64,000 nt of DNA, taken from positions 27,220,001 through 27,284,000 of the forward strand of contig CM075987.1 in NCBI GenBank assembly GCA_038087875.1, given 5' to 3'. The stretch is from Malacoraja senta (Eukaryota). The notes under the pieces were generated by a model. It saw only the letters and a list, made by a program, of their open reading frames with translations, had not been told where the DNA came from and did no database searches. Made by a program: the position numbers and the translations under genes. Positions 1 through 12,432 of the stretch are shown one piece after another (positions within the stretch are counted from its first letter, which is position 1; every line of letters begins with the position of its first letter).

Positions 1-745
1 ATGAGAGGGACACACACAACACTCTGCATTGATTACACTCTGCTCACTGACATGTTTTTGTGCACTATCTTTAGAGCGGGGACAGTGTAATCCCAGGATT
101 ACATCAGCATATGTGTCTCATGCTGGAGGAATTCAGTCGTAACCGATACATGGGGAAGGGGGGTGTGGGGGGGATGGAGCCTGAACAGCAGGGATCACAA
201 ATGCAAGCACATCCTTCCTCCGTTCATTGCGACGGGCTGGGCATTCATTGGCATCTGGTTGTAACTCCAAGTATCTCCCTGATGGACACAAGCAACATAT
301 CTCCCTGTCCCAAACTATCTCCGTTCCCTCCTGATGTAAGGGAGACAAACAGCTGAGGATTACAAACCCATACAGGCTCTGCCTTCTCTCCACGTTACCT
401 CATATGAGACGGAACAGCTGTAACGCTGTCTGCAAATATCACCGCCAGAATGATCACAGCTCAGGTCGAAGAGAAACTCGCTGGGGAAAGTGAGTTTAGA
501 TTAGTTTATTGTCACGTGTACCGAGGTACAGTGAAAAGCTTTTGTAGCACGCTAACCAGTCAGCTGCAAGACAATACATGGTTACAATCGAGGCATTTAC
601 CAGTGTGTAGATACTAATGATGTAGCTAGTAGTTCAGGACTGCTCTCCAGATAGGATGGTTCAGTTGCCTAATAACAGCTCACATACAGTGAGTGCCTGC
701 ACGAGGTCTTCCTGAATGGTCCAATACAGGAAAATAGAAGCAACA

Positions 746-1041
746 ATAGACAATAGATAATAGGTGCAGGAGGAGGCCATTTGGCCCTTCGTGCCAGCAC
801 TGCCATTCAATGTGATCATGGCTGATCATCCACAATCAGTACCCCGTTCCTGCCTTCTCCCCATATCCCCTGATCGCTATCTTTAAGACCTCTATCTAGC
901 TCTCTATTGAAGCTATCCAGAGAACCGGCCTCCACCGCCCTCTGAGGCAGAGAATTCCACAACTCTTTGTGTGAAAAAGTGTTTCCTCATCTCCGTTCTA
1001 AATGGCTTCCTCCTTATTCTTAAACTATGGCCCCTGGTTCT
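746..1041 (-). mobile_element. CR1 LINE 3' end
   Basis: (tagacaa)n tail and ggtgcaggagtaggccattcggcc-like 3' UTR. Confidence 0.85.
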
Positions 1042-1070
1042 ACAGAATATAAGCCAAGTGGATGAAGTGG

Positions 1071-1293
1071 ACACAGAGTGCTGGAGTAACTCAGTGGGTC
1101 AGGCAGCATCTGTGGAGAACATGGATAGGTGACGTTTCACAGAGTGCTGGAGTAACTCAGTGGGTCAGGCAGCATCTGTGGAGAACATGGATAGGTGACG
1201 TTTCACAGAGTGCTGGAGTAACTCAGTGGGTCAGGCAGCATCTCTGGAGGACATGGATAGGTGACGTTTCGGGTCGGGACCCTTCTTCAGACA
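1071..1293 (-). repeat. Three 66-bp tandem units of a Penelope-derived terminal repeat
   Basis: cacagagtgctggagtaactcagtgggtcaggcagcatctgtggagaacatggataggtgacgttt x3; a similar array at 4258-4530 runs into the gap. Confidence 0.9.
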
Positions 1294-1363
1294 GAATGTT
1301 GGGGTGGGAGAGATAGAGAGTTCAAATAGAGGAGGGGCCGGTCACAGAGTGGTGAGTGATAGA

Positions 1364-1740
1364 TTATAGGGGAGATCTTATAGAGGTGTGTAAAATCATG
1401 AGAGGAATAGATCGGGTAGACGCACACAGTCTCTTGCCCAGAGTTGGGGAATCATGGACCAGAGGACATAGGTTTAAGGTGAAGGGGGAAAGATTTAATA
1501 GGAACCTGAGGGGTAACATTTCCACACAAGGGGTGGTGGGTGTATGGAACAAGCTGCCAGAGGAGGTAGTTGAGACAGTGACTATTACAAATGTTTAAGA
1601 AACATTTGGACAGGTACATGGATAGAATAAGTTGAGGGATATGGGCCAAACGCGGGCAGGTGCGACTAGTGTAGATGGGACATGTTGGACGGTGTGGGCA
1701 AGTTGGGCCGAAGGGCCTGATTCCATGCTGTATCTCTAAA
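1364..1740 (+). mobile_element. CR1 LINE 3' end
   Basis: RGDLIEV..TRGH motifs and 3' UTR. Confidence 0.85.
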
Positions 1741-2436
1741 CTCTCCTTCACTCTGACTCCAACTATAGTTTCACTCTCTCTCACTCTCTCTTTGCAAGCA
1801 GGAACTTAATTAGAAATAAATGACTCACGATGTTTGCAAAGAAGATCTGATATTCTAATAGTGGATTTGTCTTCATTGAACCCGAGATGTCATCTATCCA
1901 TGTTCCCATGAGATGCTGCCTGGCCTGCTGAGTTACTCCAGCACTTTGTGTCTTTATTTGTAAACCAGCATCTGCAGTTCCTTCTCTCTACACACAAGTC
2001 AGTGCAGGATCAGGCCCTTCAGCCCACAGTGTCTGTGCTGAACACGATACCAAGTTAAACTAACTCTGCCTGGATATGATCCATATCCCTCCATCCATTG
2101 CATATCTAGTATTGTTTATATGTTTCTATCTAAATTCAGTCTGAAGAAGGGGCTCGACCCGAAATGTCACCCAGAATTAAATGAGAGCATAAAATAGATG
2201 GGGTGGCATGGTGGGGCAGCGGTAGAGTTGCTGCCTCACAGCGCCAGAGACCCGGATTCAATCCTGACTACGGGTGCTGTCTGTGCGGAGTTTGTACGTT
2301 CTCCCCGTGACCTGCGTGGGTTTTCTCCGGGTGCTCCAGTTCCCCCCCGCACTCCAAAGACGTGCAGGTTTGTAGGTTAATTGGCTTCAGTGAAAAACAA
2401 ATGTCATTGTCCTTAGTGTGTGTAGGATAGTGTTAG

Positions 2437-2803
2437 TGTACGGGGTGTACGGGGTGTACGGGGTGTACGGGGTGTACGGGGTGTACGGGGTGATCGCTGG
2501 TGTACGGGGTGTACGGGGTGTACGGGGTGATCGCTGGTGTACGGGGTGTACGGGGTGATCGCTGGTGTACGGGGTGTACGGGGTGTACGGGGTGTACGGG
2601 GTGTACGGGGTGTACGGGGTGTACGGGGTGTACGGGGTGTACGGGGTGATCGCTGGTGTACGGGGTGTACGGGGTGTACGGGGTGTACGGGGTGTACGGG
2701 GTGTACGGGGTGTACGGGGTGATTGCTGGTGTACGGGGTGCACGGGGTGTACGGGGTGATCGCTGGTGTACGGGGTGATCACTAGTGTACGGGGTGATCG
2801 CTG
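2437..2803 (+). repeat. G-rich minisatellite (gtgtacgggg)n with 19-bp variants, expanded inside an HE1 SINE
   Basis: Visible tandem units; flanking SINE sequence spans 2203-2935. Confidence 0.95.
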
Positions 2804-2935
2804 GTCGGCGCGGATTCAGCTGTACTGCTACAAGTAAGAATTTCATTGTTCCAGCATGGACATAGGACAATAAAACATTTGACTGTAGACTTTTGACTCG
2901 ATGGGCGGAAGGGTCTATTTCTACACTGTATCTCT

Positions 2936-3790
2936 ATAACCATATAACCATATAACAATTATAGCACGGAAACAGGCCATCTCGGCCCTTCTAGTCCGTG
3001 CCAAACACTTACTCTCACCTAGTCCCATCTACCTGCATTCATAGAAACATAGAAACATAGAAAATAGGTACAGGAGTAGGCCATTCGGCCCTTCGAGCCT
3101 GCACCGCCATTCAATATGATCATGGCTGATCATCCAACTCAGTATCCTGTACCTGCCTTCTTTCCATACCCCCTGATCCCTTTAGCCACAAGGGCCACAT
3201 CTAACTCCCTCTTAAATATAGCGATTAAATAGACTCAGACCACAACCCTCCATTACTTTCCCATCCAATTTATTTTTAGATGATAAAAACGAACCTGCCT
3301 CCACCTAAACTTTTGTCCCTTAATTCTCAAGTCATGTCCCCTTGTTTGAATCTTCCCTACTCTCAATGGAAAAAGCTTATCCACGTCAACTCTGTCTATC
3401 CCTTTCATAATTTTAACGACCTCTATCAAGTCCCCTCTTAACCTTCTGTGCTCCAAAGAATAAAGACCTAACTTGTTCAACCTTTCTCTGTAACTTAGTT
3501 GCTGAAACCCAGGCAACATTCTAGTAAATCTCCTCTGTACTCTCTCTATTTTGTTGACATCTTTCCTATAATTAGGCGACCAAAATTGTACTCCATACTC
3601 CAGAATTGGCCTCACCAATGCCTTGTACAATTTTAACATTACATCCCAACTTCTATATTCAATGCTCTGATTTATAAAGGCCAGCACACCAAAAGCTTTC
3701 TTTACCACCCTATCTACATGAGATTCCACCTTCAGGGAACTATGCACAGTTATTCCTAGATCCCTCTGTTCAACTGCATTCCTCAATTCC
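2936..3790 (-). mobile_element. CR1 LINE 3' fragment with a nested second CR1 tail (~3041-3222)
   Basis: ORF 3253-3786 carries RT C-terminal motifs; two distinct tails are present. Confidence 0.85.
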
Positions 3791-4530
3791 TCTAATCTAA
3801 ACTAAACTAAAATGAAATGGGGAAATTTGCACAAAATTCATCAAACCACAGTTTATAATTGCAAATTAATTGACATTAACTAACAGTTATGGTCTCTCGT
3901 GGTTGCTGTAAATTCTGAGTTACTGCATCTTACTGCAAGCTCACGACACATCCAATCAGCCTGGCTCCAGCACTGTTATTTTGGGATAATTGACACTTCC
4001 CGCACACTGCATTTTTTAATTCTATAAATATAGAAGGTAATTAAGATTTCCTCTCCATATTGTGACAACAGAGCTGTCTTTGCAAATGGCAAATGACTAT
4101 TAAAAGATGACATTTATCGCAATGCAAAACTCAAGATATGTTTCATGGTAAGAGGTTGATTTTATCAATAACATTTCAGTGATATTATCAATAGCTGGCC
4201 AAAGACCTCATCATCAAAAGTTACAATGAGAACAGGTAACATTAAGATGGAAAAAGGCACAGAGTGCTGGAGTAACTCAGCGGGTCAGGCAGCATCTGTG
4301 GAGAACATGGATAGGTGACGTTTCACAGAGTGCTGGAGTAACTCAGCGGGTCAGGCAGCATCCGTGGAGCGAAGGAAATGGGCAACCTTTCGGGCCGAAA
4401 CCCTGAAGGAAATAGGCAAAGTTTTGGGCCGAAACCCGGAAGGGTTTCGGGCCGAAAAGTTGCCTATTTCCTTCGCTCCATAGATGCTGCCGGAACATGG
4501 ATAGGTGACGTTTCACAGAGTGCTGGAGTA

Positions 4531-4730
4531 NNNNNNNNNNNNNNNNNNNNNNNNNNNNNNNNNNNNNNNNNNNNNNNNNNNNNNNNNNNNNNNNNNNNNN
4601 NNNNNNNNNNNNNNNNNNNNNNNNNNNNNNNNNNNNNNNNNNNNNNNNNNNNNNNNNNNNNNNNNNNNNNNNNNNNNNNNNNNNNNNNNNNNNNNNNNNN
4701 NNNNNNNNNNNNNNNNNNNNNNNNNNNNNN
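4531..4730. other. Assembly gap (200 N)
   Basis: Run of N; the left flank is a tandem-repeat array. Confidence 1.
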
Positions 4731-6057
4731 TTCTCCCCTTAACCTCTGACACCCGTACTAATCAAAAATCTATCTACATATCACCACCTTAAAAATATCC
4801 ACTAACTTGGCCTCCACAGCCGTCTGTGGCACTGTATTCCACAGATTCACCACCCTCTGATTAAAGACATTTCTTGTAGCCAATAACTACAAACCTGTAC
4901 GTCTTTGGTGTGAGGGAAACCGGAGCAGCTGGAACAAACCCACGCAGGCCACGGGGAGAACGTCAGGATGGAACCTGGGTCTCTGCCGCTGTGAGGCAGC
5001 AACTCTACTGCTGCGCCACCGTGCTGCCTGAATTAGACTGCGATTTCAGTTTTTCTTTTAAAAAGCGACTTTAAGACAATGAAGAATGAAGATCTCATCT
5101 TTAATAAAGGCACGTGTGCTCAGAATAGGCACTGGAAGTAGTTCACATGTTAATTACATAGAGAGTCCATACAGGAAATAGCTCCGCAAACTATGATACT
5201 GAGGATGACGACAATGAGCCCAAGGCCGTGCTCTTGTCCTTCAGAAGTCTGACTGGAGTTCTGTTCCATCTTAACAATCGAGACGGTAAAACCATTCAGC
5301 GGTGAACATTAGACGTTTGTAATCCTCCTACATGGTTAATGCTAGTCTGTCTTTCCTTTTGCTATCTTCCCCTCCTTGCGCTCACAGGTGACGAGAACTT
5401 TAGCCAATCTGTGCACAGGAGGGTGTGGTATTGAGAAAGGAGGTGGATAGTGAGGCAACCTGCTTGGGGGAGGTTGGCTGAGGAGGACATGTTGACCAGA
5501 ACCTGGGCCCACTCTTTTAAATTAGGCCTCCAGGTCCCTATGTCCACAACTGAGACCGCCATCTTCAGTCATGCTGCTTTGCCTGTTGGATGAAGGGTGG
5601 GCTGTGATTCATGATGACACCGAGGAGAATTCTACCAATGATCCACACTGCAGCTGAAGGCATTGGCCACAATCTGGGAACGGCCCTTCTTATCCCAGCC
5701 AGACTTTGGTATCTTGCTCAAGTCTCGTGTCCACACCAGCTGACATCAGCCAGAGCAGATTCGCTCTGAAACCATCATGAGCTACGCAGTTCAGTCTTCA
5801 GTGATTCCCTCTGGAGAAGGCCAGGGTTCGCTCAGGGGGCGGGGGAGAGAGCCTGCCCAACACTAATCATACTTTGCCAGAGGTCAATCTACTAGTGTAC
5901 TGCAGAGATCTTCCAACTCGCCCACACACTGGCCAGTCCCACTGCAGCCGAGCTTTACAGTGGCACGTCAGAAAATGGACTTGAACAAGAGGAACCAGGA
6001 GGCCACAACATGCTAACTGGTCCACCAACAATGCAGAACACAAGAAAATATAAGGCA

Positions 6058-6063
6058 TTTATT
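6058..6063 (-). terminator. Candidate polyadenylation signal (AATAAA) of PNPLA7, implying a ~3.1 kb 3' UTR
   Basis: Minus-strand AATAAA followed by the U/GU-rich tract tattttcttgtgttctgcattgttgg. Confidence 0.55.
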
Positions 6064-6294
6064 AAAACAATAAATATTCTCACTTGTTTAAGGAGCTAAC
6101 AAATACATTCATCTCTTCCCATTCCACCTCAAGTGGTCATCACAAGCTGAGACAGTTATTCTCTGGAGTTTGCAGTGAGTATATAGAGTGTTAAATTGAA
6201 AAAGAGCAAGGGGTATGTATGCTGGATATTAACTGGTGTGTTTTACTCCTTATCATTGTCTTTGTAGCTCAAACCAGCTCCCCTCTACATCCTA

Positions 6295-6477
6295 GATAGA
6301 TAAAAATGCTGGAGGAACTCAGCGGGTGAGGCAGCATCTATGGAGCGAAGGAATGGGTGATGTTTCGGGTCGAAGACCTATTTCCTTCGCTCCATAGATG
6401 CTGCCTCACCCGCTGAGTTTCTCCAGCATTTTTATCTACCATCGATTTTCCAGCACCTGCAGTTCCTTCTTAAACAA
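6295..6477. mobile_element. Palindromic Penelope-derived terminal-repeat element in the 3' UTR
   Basis: About 65-bp near-perfect inverted arms; imperfect flanking duplication ccctct(ct)a(c/t)atcct. Confidence 0.75.
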
Positions 6478-8094
6478 CCCTCTCTATATCCTGGCCAGTT
6501 AAATGCAGCTGAATTCTCTGCCACTGGAAAACAGCGAGAGTCTAGAAGGCTCGGTGTCAGATGTTGAACCGAGAGAAGCAGACCAGCTGGAGAAGGGGAC
6601 CGAGCTTGTGTATCACTCCACAGCCTGCTTGGTGGCCTGTGACCATCTTTCTCCAGCACCGCTCACCACTGGCACCACTCTCTCACACACTTTGGCAGGT
6701 TAATGTTACAAGTGATGGCTATAAAATCAAGGCAAGTCCACCACATTTGGTTTGTAGAAAGAAAAGCAAAATATATATATCCAACATACAAATCACTTAT
6801 TATTATTGTTATAATATGTGGTCTAAATGGTTTCTAACCCAAAGTTGGCAGCGTGTGCACTGGTTGGAGTTTTGCATTTAGTGAGCAGCCTTGAATGATT
6901 GAGGTCAGCAAGGCAATAGACACCCAGTCTCTGCTCCGGCTAACATTCCACAACCATAAATATTGCATTGATTATTGCAAGGAAAAAATAATAATAATGA
7001 ATTCCTTCACCCAGCCAGGGCTGGGACGGCTGCAAAGGCGGGCACAAATTCCCCACGACCGCTCTTCACAAAGCCCTCTTTTTGGCTTCTTGTGTTGTTG
7101 CTGCTCCCGTGAAGGTTTCGACTTGTTTCAGGGCTCTGATCGTGCGTGGCGTATCTCTCCCCCATCCCGCCCCCCCCCCCCCCCCAGTGGAGTGCGGTCT
7201 TGCTACAAGACACGGTGAAAGGCTCGGGGCGGCTCAGTGCTGCCTTTCAACATCTTTCTTTAGAAAAGCTACTGGTATAAACACGAGTGAAAAGGCGCAG
7301 GGCTTCACGGGGCTCCTGTGATGGAAGGTGAGCAGTGGTCTCAGTAAGATATCTGCATCGACTTGCTCAAACTGTATATCTGCCGTGCTGGAGGAAGGTT
7401 ATGGGGAGAAGGCAGGAGAATTGGGGGGGGGGGGTTAGGAGGGAGAGATAGATCAGTCAAGATTGAATAGCGGAGTAGACTTGATGGGTCCGAATGGCCT
7501 AATTTCATTCCTATTTCTTATGACCTTAAGAGTTCTTTCACTCGGTCCCAGGGGTAACAGTTCCTCAGGCTGAGAGGGCAGCTCTTAAGGAACCGAACTG
7601 GGCTCCCGGGGAAAGCTGCAATGGGCTGCTCATTGCTTCAAGGTAAGATAGAGAGAGACAGACACAAAATGTTGGAGTGACCCAGCAGCTCAGGCAGCAT
7701 CTCATGTGGAAGAGGTGATAATGTAGGGATACAAACTGTGAAATTAGCAGGGTGGGGGAGGGACGGAGAGAGAGGGAATGCAAGGATTACTTGCAATCAC
7801 TCTAATGACAATTAACCCTCGCATTCCTTTGCACCTCTATCCTTCTCCATCCACTCCCAGTTTGAAGAGTCTCGAGCAAAAAAGATCACGCTCAGTCTGA
7901 AGAATGGTCGACTCAAAACGTCACCCATTCCTTTTCTCCACAGATGCTGCCTGTCCCGCTGAGTTACTCCAGACCTTTGTGTCTTTCTCCGGTGTAGTTC
8001 CTTCCTCCACAAGGCAGCCTGGCCTTGTCGGGGAGGGAGATGGCTTGCTGGGCCGTTCCCATTGGACCGGCTTCATGCATTACAGGATGAGCTG

Positions 8095-8358
8095 CAGGAA
8101 GCAACTGCAGATGCTACTTCACACCGAACATAGACACAAAATGCTGGAGCAACTCAGTGGGTCAGGCAGCATCCCTGGAAAAAAAAGAATAGGTGACGTT
8201 TCGGGTCGGGACCCTTCTTCAGACTTAAAGTAGAGGTGGATTCCAAGATGGGACTCTCCTTTCAGTCTGAAGAAGGATCCCAACCTGAAACGTCACCCAT
8301 CCTTCTCTCCAGAGATGCTGCCTGTCCCGCTGAGTTACTCCAGCACATGGTGTCTAAC
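8095..8358. mobile_element. Palindromic Penelope-derived element in the 3' UTR
   Basis: Arms ~8131-8225 and ~8263-8356 are inverted copies. Confidence 0.75.
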
Positions 8359-9189
8359 TTTGGGGGATTGGAGGTGTGGCCATGGCCAGAAGCATTGAAG
8401 CCAGGGAGGAGGATGCGTGTCTGGATTGTCAGTGTGGTGTGGGGAGAGGGCTGGTCACTGACCTGGTCCAGTCACCACAAAGTGAGGAAGGACCACAAAC
8501 AGGGCCAGGGTTTTTGTGAAGGGCTGCAAGTCAGGCCGTGACTCTTCTTCTGTTTGCCTGCGGTCCGTGGGGGAAAGAGGGAGGTGAGCGTACACTGGGG
8601 ATGGGGGGTGCGGGTCACTGTCTCCAGGCAGGTTGACCAGAGGCACGCTGACCCGCCCCATCTCTCCACTAATGTCCCATTCGGCTGCAGAAGTGCATCG
8701 TAAGGCAGATGTAAATCCCGACGGATCTCACGTTTGAAACACAGCAGCCTTGGCGGGTGGGCCTAAACGCCACAGGGCGAGGGCTGTGGTGAATTAAAGT
8801 GCTGAATGAGTCATTATGACCCTTCTGGCATGTCACAACTCTCTATTGAATGGGCTGAAAAGTGAGGTAATTTTTTTTAAGGCCTTGAAATGTTCAGGAA
8901 AAAAAAACGATCTACATTTCAATTATGAACCTAACCCCCTCCCCCCCGCCCCGCCCACCCACCCCGCCCCAAGGCGTCAATCCCACACGGCGTATGTTAA
9001 TTGTTTGTGAGCATGAGGGCAATGCTTACACGAGCACCTCTCCCTCCAAACACTCTGGCCTGCGTTACTTCCACAATATGTGGCAATGTCCAAGTGCGGT
9101 GACAACCACCAGGGGAGGCAGTGGGCTGAGGAACTAGTGAACCCTGGGCTGTGCGGGAGGCAGCACAATGAGGTTGATGGCTCAGTCCA

Positions 9190-9252
9190 TCAGGCCAGCG
9201 CGCTGGGAGCTCCACCAATGGATTTCCTCTGCCTGCATCCGCTCTCTTCATC
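9190..9252 (-). CDS. PNPLA7: PNPLA7 probable terminal coding exon DEESGCRQRKSIGGAPSALA*
   Basis: Pyrimidine-rich acceptor gtctccttgttcatgtcttgcag|GAT; phase 0 fits the previous exon; acidic-then-RxR tail resembles NTE-family C-termini; TGA at 9190-9192. Confidence 0.75.
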   Translation of the reverse strand, partial: DEESGCRQRKSIGGAPSALA

Positions 9253-9341
9253 CTGCAAGACATGAACAAGGAGACAGACACGTTACACTTTTACGTTTGC
9301 CTCGAAGGTCGACACTAATTTTTTTTTAAGGCCTTGAAATG

Positions 9342-9872
9342 GAGGACTCTCTCTAACTTCTACAGGTGCACAGTAGAGAGCATGCTGACCGGTTGCATCG
9401 TGGCTTGGTTCGGCAACTTGAGCGCCCTGGAGAGGAAAAGACTACAAAAAGTAGTAAACACTGCCCAGTCCATCATCGGCTCTGACCTCCCTTCCATCGA
9501 GGGGATCTATCACAGTCGCTGCCTCAAAAAGGCTGGCAGCATCATCAAGGACCCACACCATCCTGGCCACACACTCATCTCCCTACTACCTTCAGGTAGA
9601 AGGTACAGGAGCCTGAAGACTGCAACGACCAGGTTCAGGAACAGCTACTTCCCCACAGCCATCAGGCTATTAAACCTGGCTCGGACATAACACTGAACTT
9701 TACTAGCCAATACTGTTATTTGCACTTTATCAGTATATTGACCATTGTGTATATATTTATAGAATGCCTTGTAGTAAATGCCTACTATGTTAAGTTGTGC
9801 TCAAGCAAAGCAAGAATTTCATTGTCCTACCAGGACACATGACAATAAACTCACTTGACTTGACTTGACTTG
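9342..9872 (+). mobile_element. Rex1/Babar-type LINE 3' fragment
   Basis: FYRCTVESMLTGCIVAWFGN..LLPSGRRYRS..FPTAIRLLN C-terminus; (cttga)n tail. Confidence 0.85.
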
Positions 9873-10249
9873 AAAATGCTGGATTAACTCAGCGGGACAG
9901 GCAGCATCTCTGGAGAGAAGGAATGGGTGACGTTTCTGCAGACTGAAGAAGGGCCTCGACCCGAAATGTCACCCATTCTTACTCTCCAGAGATGCTGCGT
10001 GTCCCGCTGAGTTACTCCAACATTTTGTGTCTACCTTCGATTTAAACCACCATCTGAAGTTCTTTCCTACACATTTTAAGTTTGCCTTTCAACTCTAGAT
10101 TCTACATTTGCTCTCGGCTGGTTGTCATGGCTACAATCCAAAGGTCTTTTTTTTAATTTCCCAAATAATGTCACGATTAAGGAGACGGAGGAAAAGGAGC
10201 TCTGCTCGAGCACGGGCTGATTCAGGCCATCGAGTGGACAGAATGCGCG

Positions 10250-11100
10250 ACCTAGGATGTTGCCAGGACTAGAGGGTGTGAGCTACAGGGAGAGGTACAT
10301 GGAGCGCAGGAGGATGATGGGGGATCTTATAGAGGTGTATAAAATCATGAGAGGAATAGATCGGATTCACGCACAGGGTCTCTTTCCCACAGTAGGGGAA
10401 TCAAGGCCATTGGTTTAAGGGTGAAGGGGGGAAATTTTTAATAGGAATCTGAGGGGTAACTTTTTCACGCAAAGGGTGGTGGGTGTATGGAACGAGCCGC
10501 CGGAGGAGGTAGTTGAGGCTGGGACTATCCCAACATTTAATTAAGTTAGACAGGTGCATGGATAGGACAGGTTTGGAGGGATATGGACCAAACGCAGGCA
10601 GGTGGGACTAGTGTAGCTGGGACATGTTGGCCAGTGTGGGCAAGTTGGGCGGAAGGGCCTGTTTCCACGCTGTAAGACTCTAGAAATCGGGTCACATGGT
10701 GTCTCACTGACTAGAGGATCACGTTGAAGGGATCAGTGCAAAGCCCAGAGGCAGATAGACCGCGATCCGGGAGAAACAAAAGCATTTACGTCATTATGTT
10801 TTCATTAAAATGTCAGTGGGATTTATAATAACTCAGCGTGGAGTAGAGCTACCTTTAGGAAGGAGATGAGAAAGGATTTCTTTAGTCAGAGGGTGGTGAA
10901 TCTGTGGAAGAAGGCTGTGGAGGCCAAGTCAATGGATATTTTTAAGGCAGAGATAGAAAGATTCTTGATTAGTACGGGTGTCAGGGGTTAAGGGGAGAAG
11001 GCAGGAGAATGGGGTTGAGAGGGAAAGATTGACCTGCCATGATTGAACGGCGGAGCAGACCCGATGGGCCGAATGGCCTAATTCTGCTCCTATCAATTAT
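10250..11100 (+). mobile_element. Two CR1 3' fragments (~10250-10682, ~10851-11100)
   Basis: Similarity to the 3' ends of the other CR1 copies in the window. Confidence 0.8.
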
Positions 11101-12311
11101 GGACTACACTGCATTGAAACATCAGGACACTCTCCACAGACAACGTATGGAGCTGGGTTTGGTTTTGTAACACACTGGCTCAAGGCGATGGAGATTTATC
11201 AACTAATCCAGGCTGATATATGTAAAAGCAAGGATAGTAAGAGGCTGGCGGCTGACTTATTTGAGCTCTGGAGATACTTTAAGTCTATTAAGTCTTTGTC
11301 AAACTGAACAGGCTTTGAAATCTTTGATGGTTAATTATCTGTCACGCTCCGTTTTATTCCTTCCATTTGTCAAGAGACATTTTTAGTTCAGGCAATCTGC
11401 TCTTAAATAACATTTTCTTCTTAAAGTGGCTCCATTCAATGATGTTATTTTACAGAGATTTGTACCACGTTTCATAAACGTGAGTCTTTAAACATGTAAA
11501 TGATGGAGTGATTAACGGTGAATGCTTTGCCCGAGTGGAGGGCAGATTAAGGACGACAAAACTAAAGTTGTAACAAAGAACTGCAGATGCTGCTCTACGT
11601 GAAAGGACGCAAAGTACTGGAGTAACTCAGCGTGTCATTTCTAGAGAAAACAGGTACATGCATAGGACAGGTTTGGAGGGATATGGACCAAACGCAGGCA
11701 GGTGGGACTAGTGTAGCTGGGATATGTTGGCCGGTGTAGACAAGTTGGGCCGAAGGGCCTGTTTCCACACTATGACTCTAAAAGGAATAGGTGATATTTC
11801 AGGTCGAGACCCTTCCTCAGACTGGACCTGAAACGTCACCTATTCCTTCTCTCCAGAGAAGCTGCCTGACCCACTGAGTTACTTCAGCTTTGTGTGTCTA
11901 TCTTCGGTTTACACCAGCATCTGCAGTTCCTTCCCACACACTGTCTCTGGACCGCGGACTATCTTTGATCTGACTTGAGTCTGAAGACTCAGACTATCTT
12001 TGAGTCTGAAGAAGGGTCTCAACCCCAATCATCACCCATTCCTTCTCTCCAGAGATGCGGCCTGTCCCGCTGAGTTACTCCAGCATTGTGTGTCTACCTT
12101 TGATCTGACTTTACTGGACTTTACTAAACATTATTGACGTTATCATGCACACTGTTGACGGCTTGATTGTAATCATTTATTGTCTTTCTCATGTATCGAC
12201 TGATTAGCACACGACAAAAGCTTTTCACTGCACCTCGGTACATGTAACAATAAACTTAACTCAAATCAAACTTAACTCAAATCACTCAAGAAAAATATAT
12301 ATCCATCTTAC

Positions 12312-12418
12312 ACTGTTGGAGGCCTCATCTTCATTCTGCTCACTCGGGAAACCATCGAAGTCTTCCCGCTCTGTGTCAAAAGCATCCTCTTCATAGTCGG
12401 TCTGGTAGTCAGACTCAT
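12312..12418 (-). CDS. PNPLA7: PNPLA7 exon (D)ESDYQTDYEEDAFDTEREDFDGFPSEQNEDEASNS
   Basis: ctctgcag|AT acceptor, AGT|gtaaga donor; 107 nt, phase 1 to 0; acidic DESDYQT motif. Confidence 0.9.
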
Positions 12419-12432
12419 CTGCAGAGAAAGGC

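Noticed and set aside
2387..2870. TPY/HPV/RTP repeat ORFs
   Set aside because: Translation of a minisatellite inside a SINE.
4378..4792. ORFs containing X runs
   Set aside because: Artefacts of the 200-N gap.
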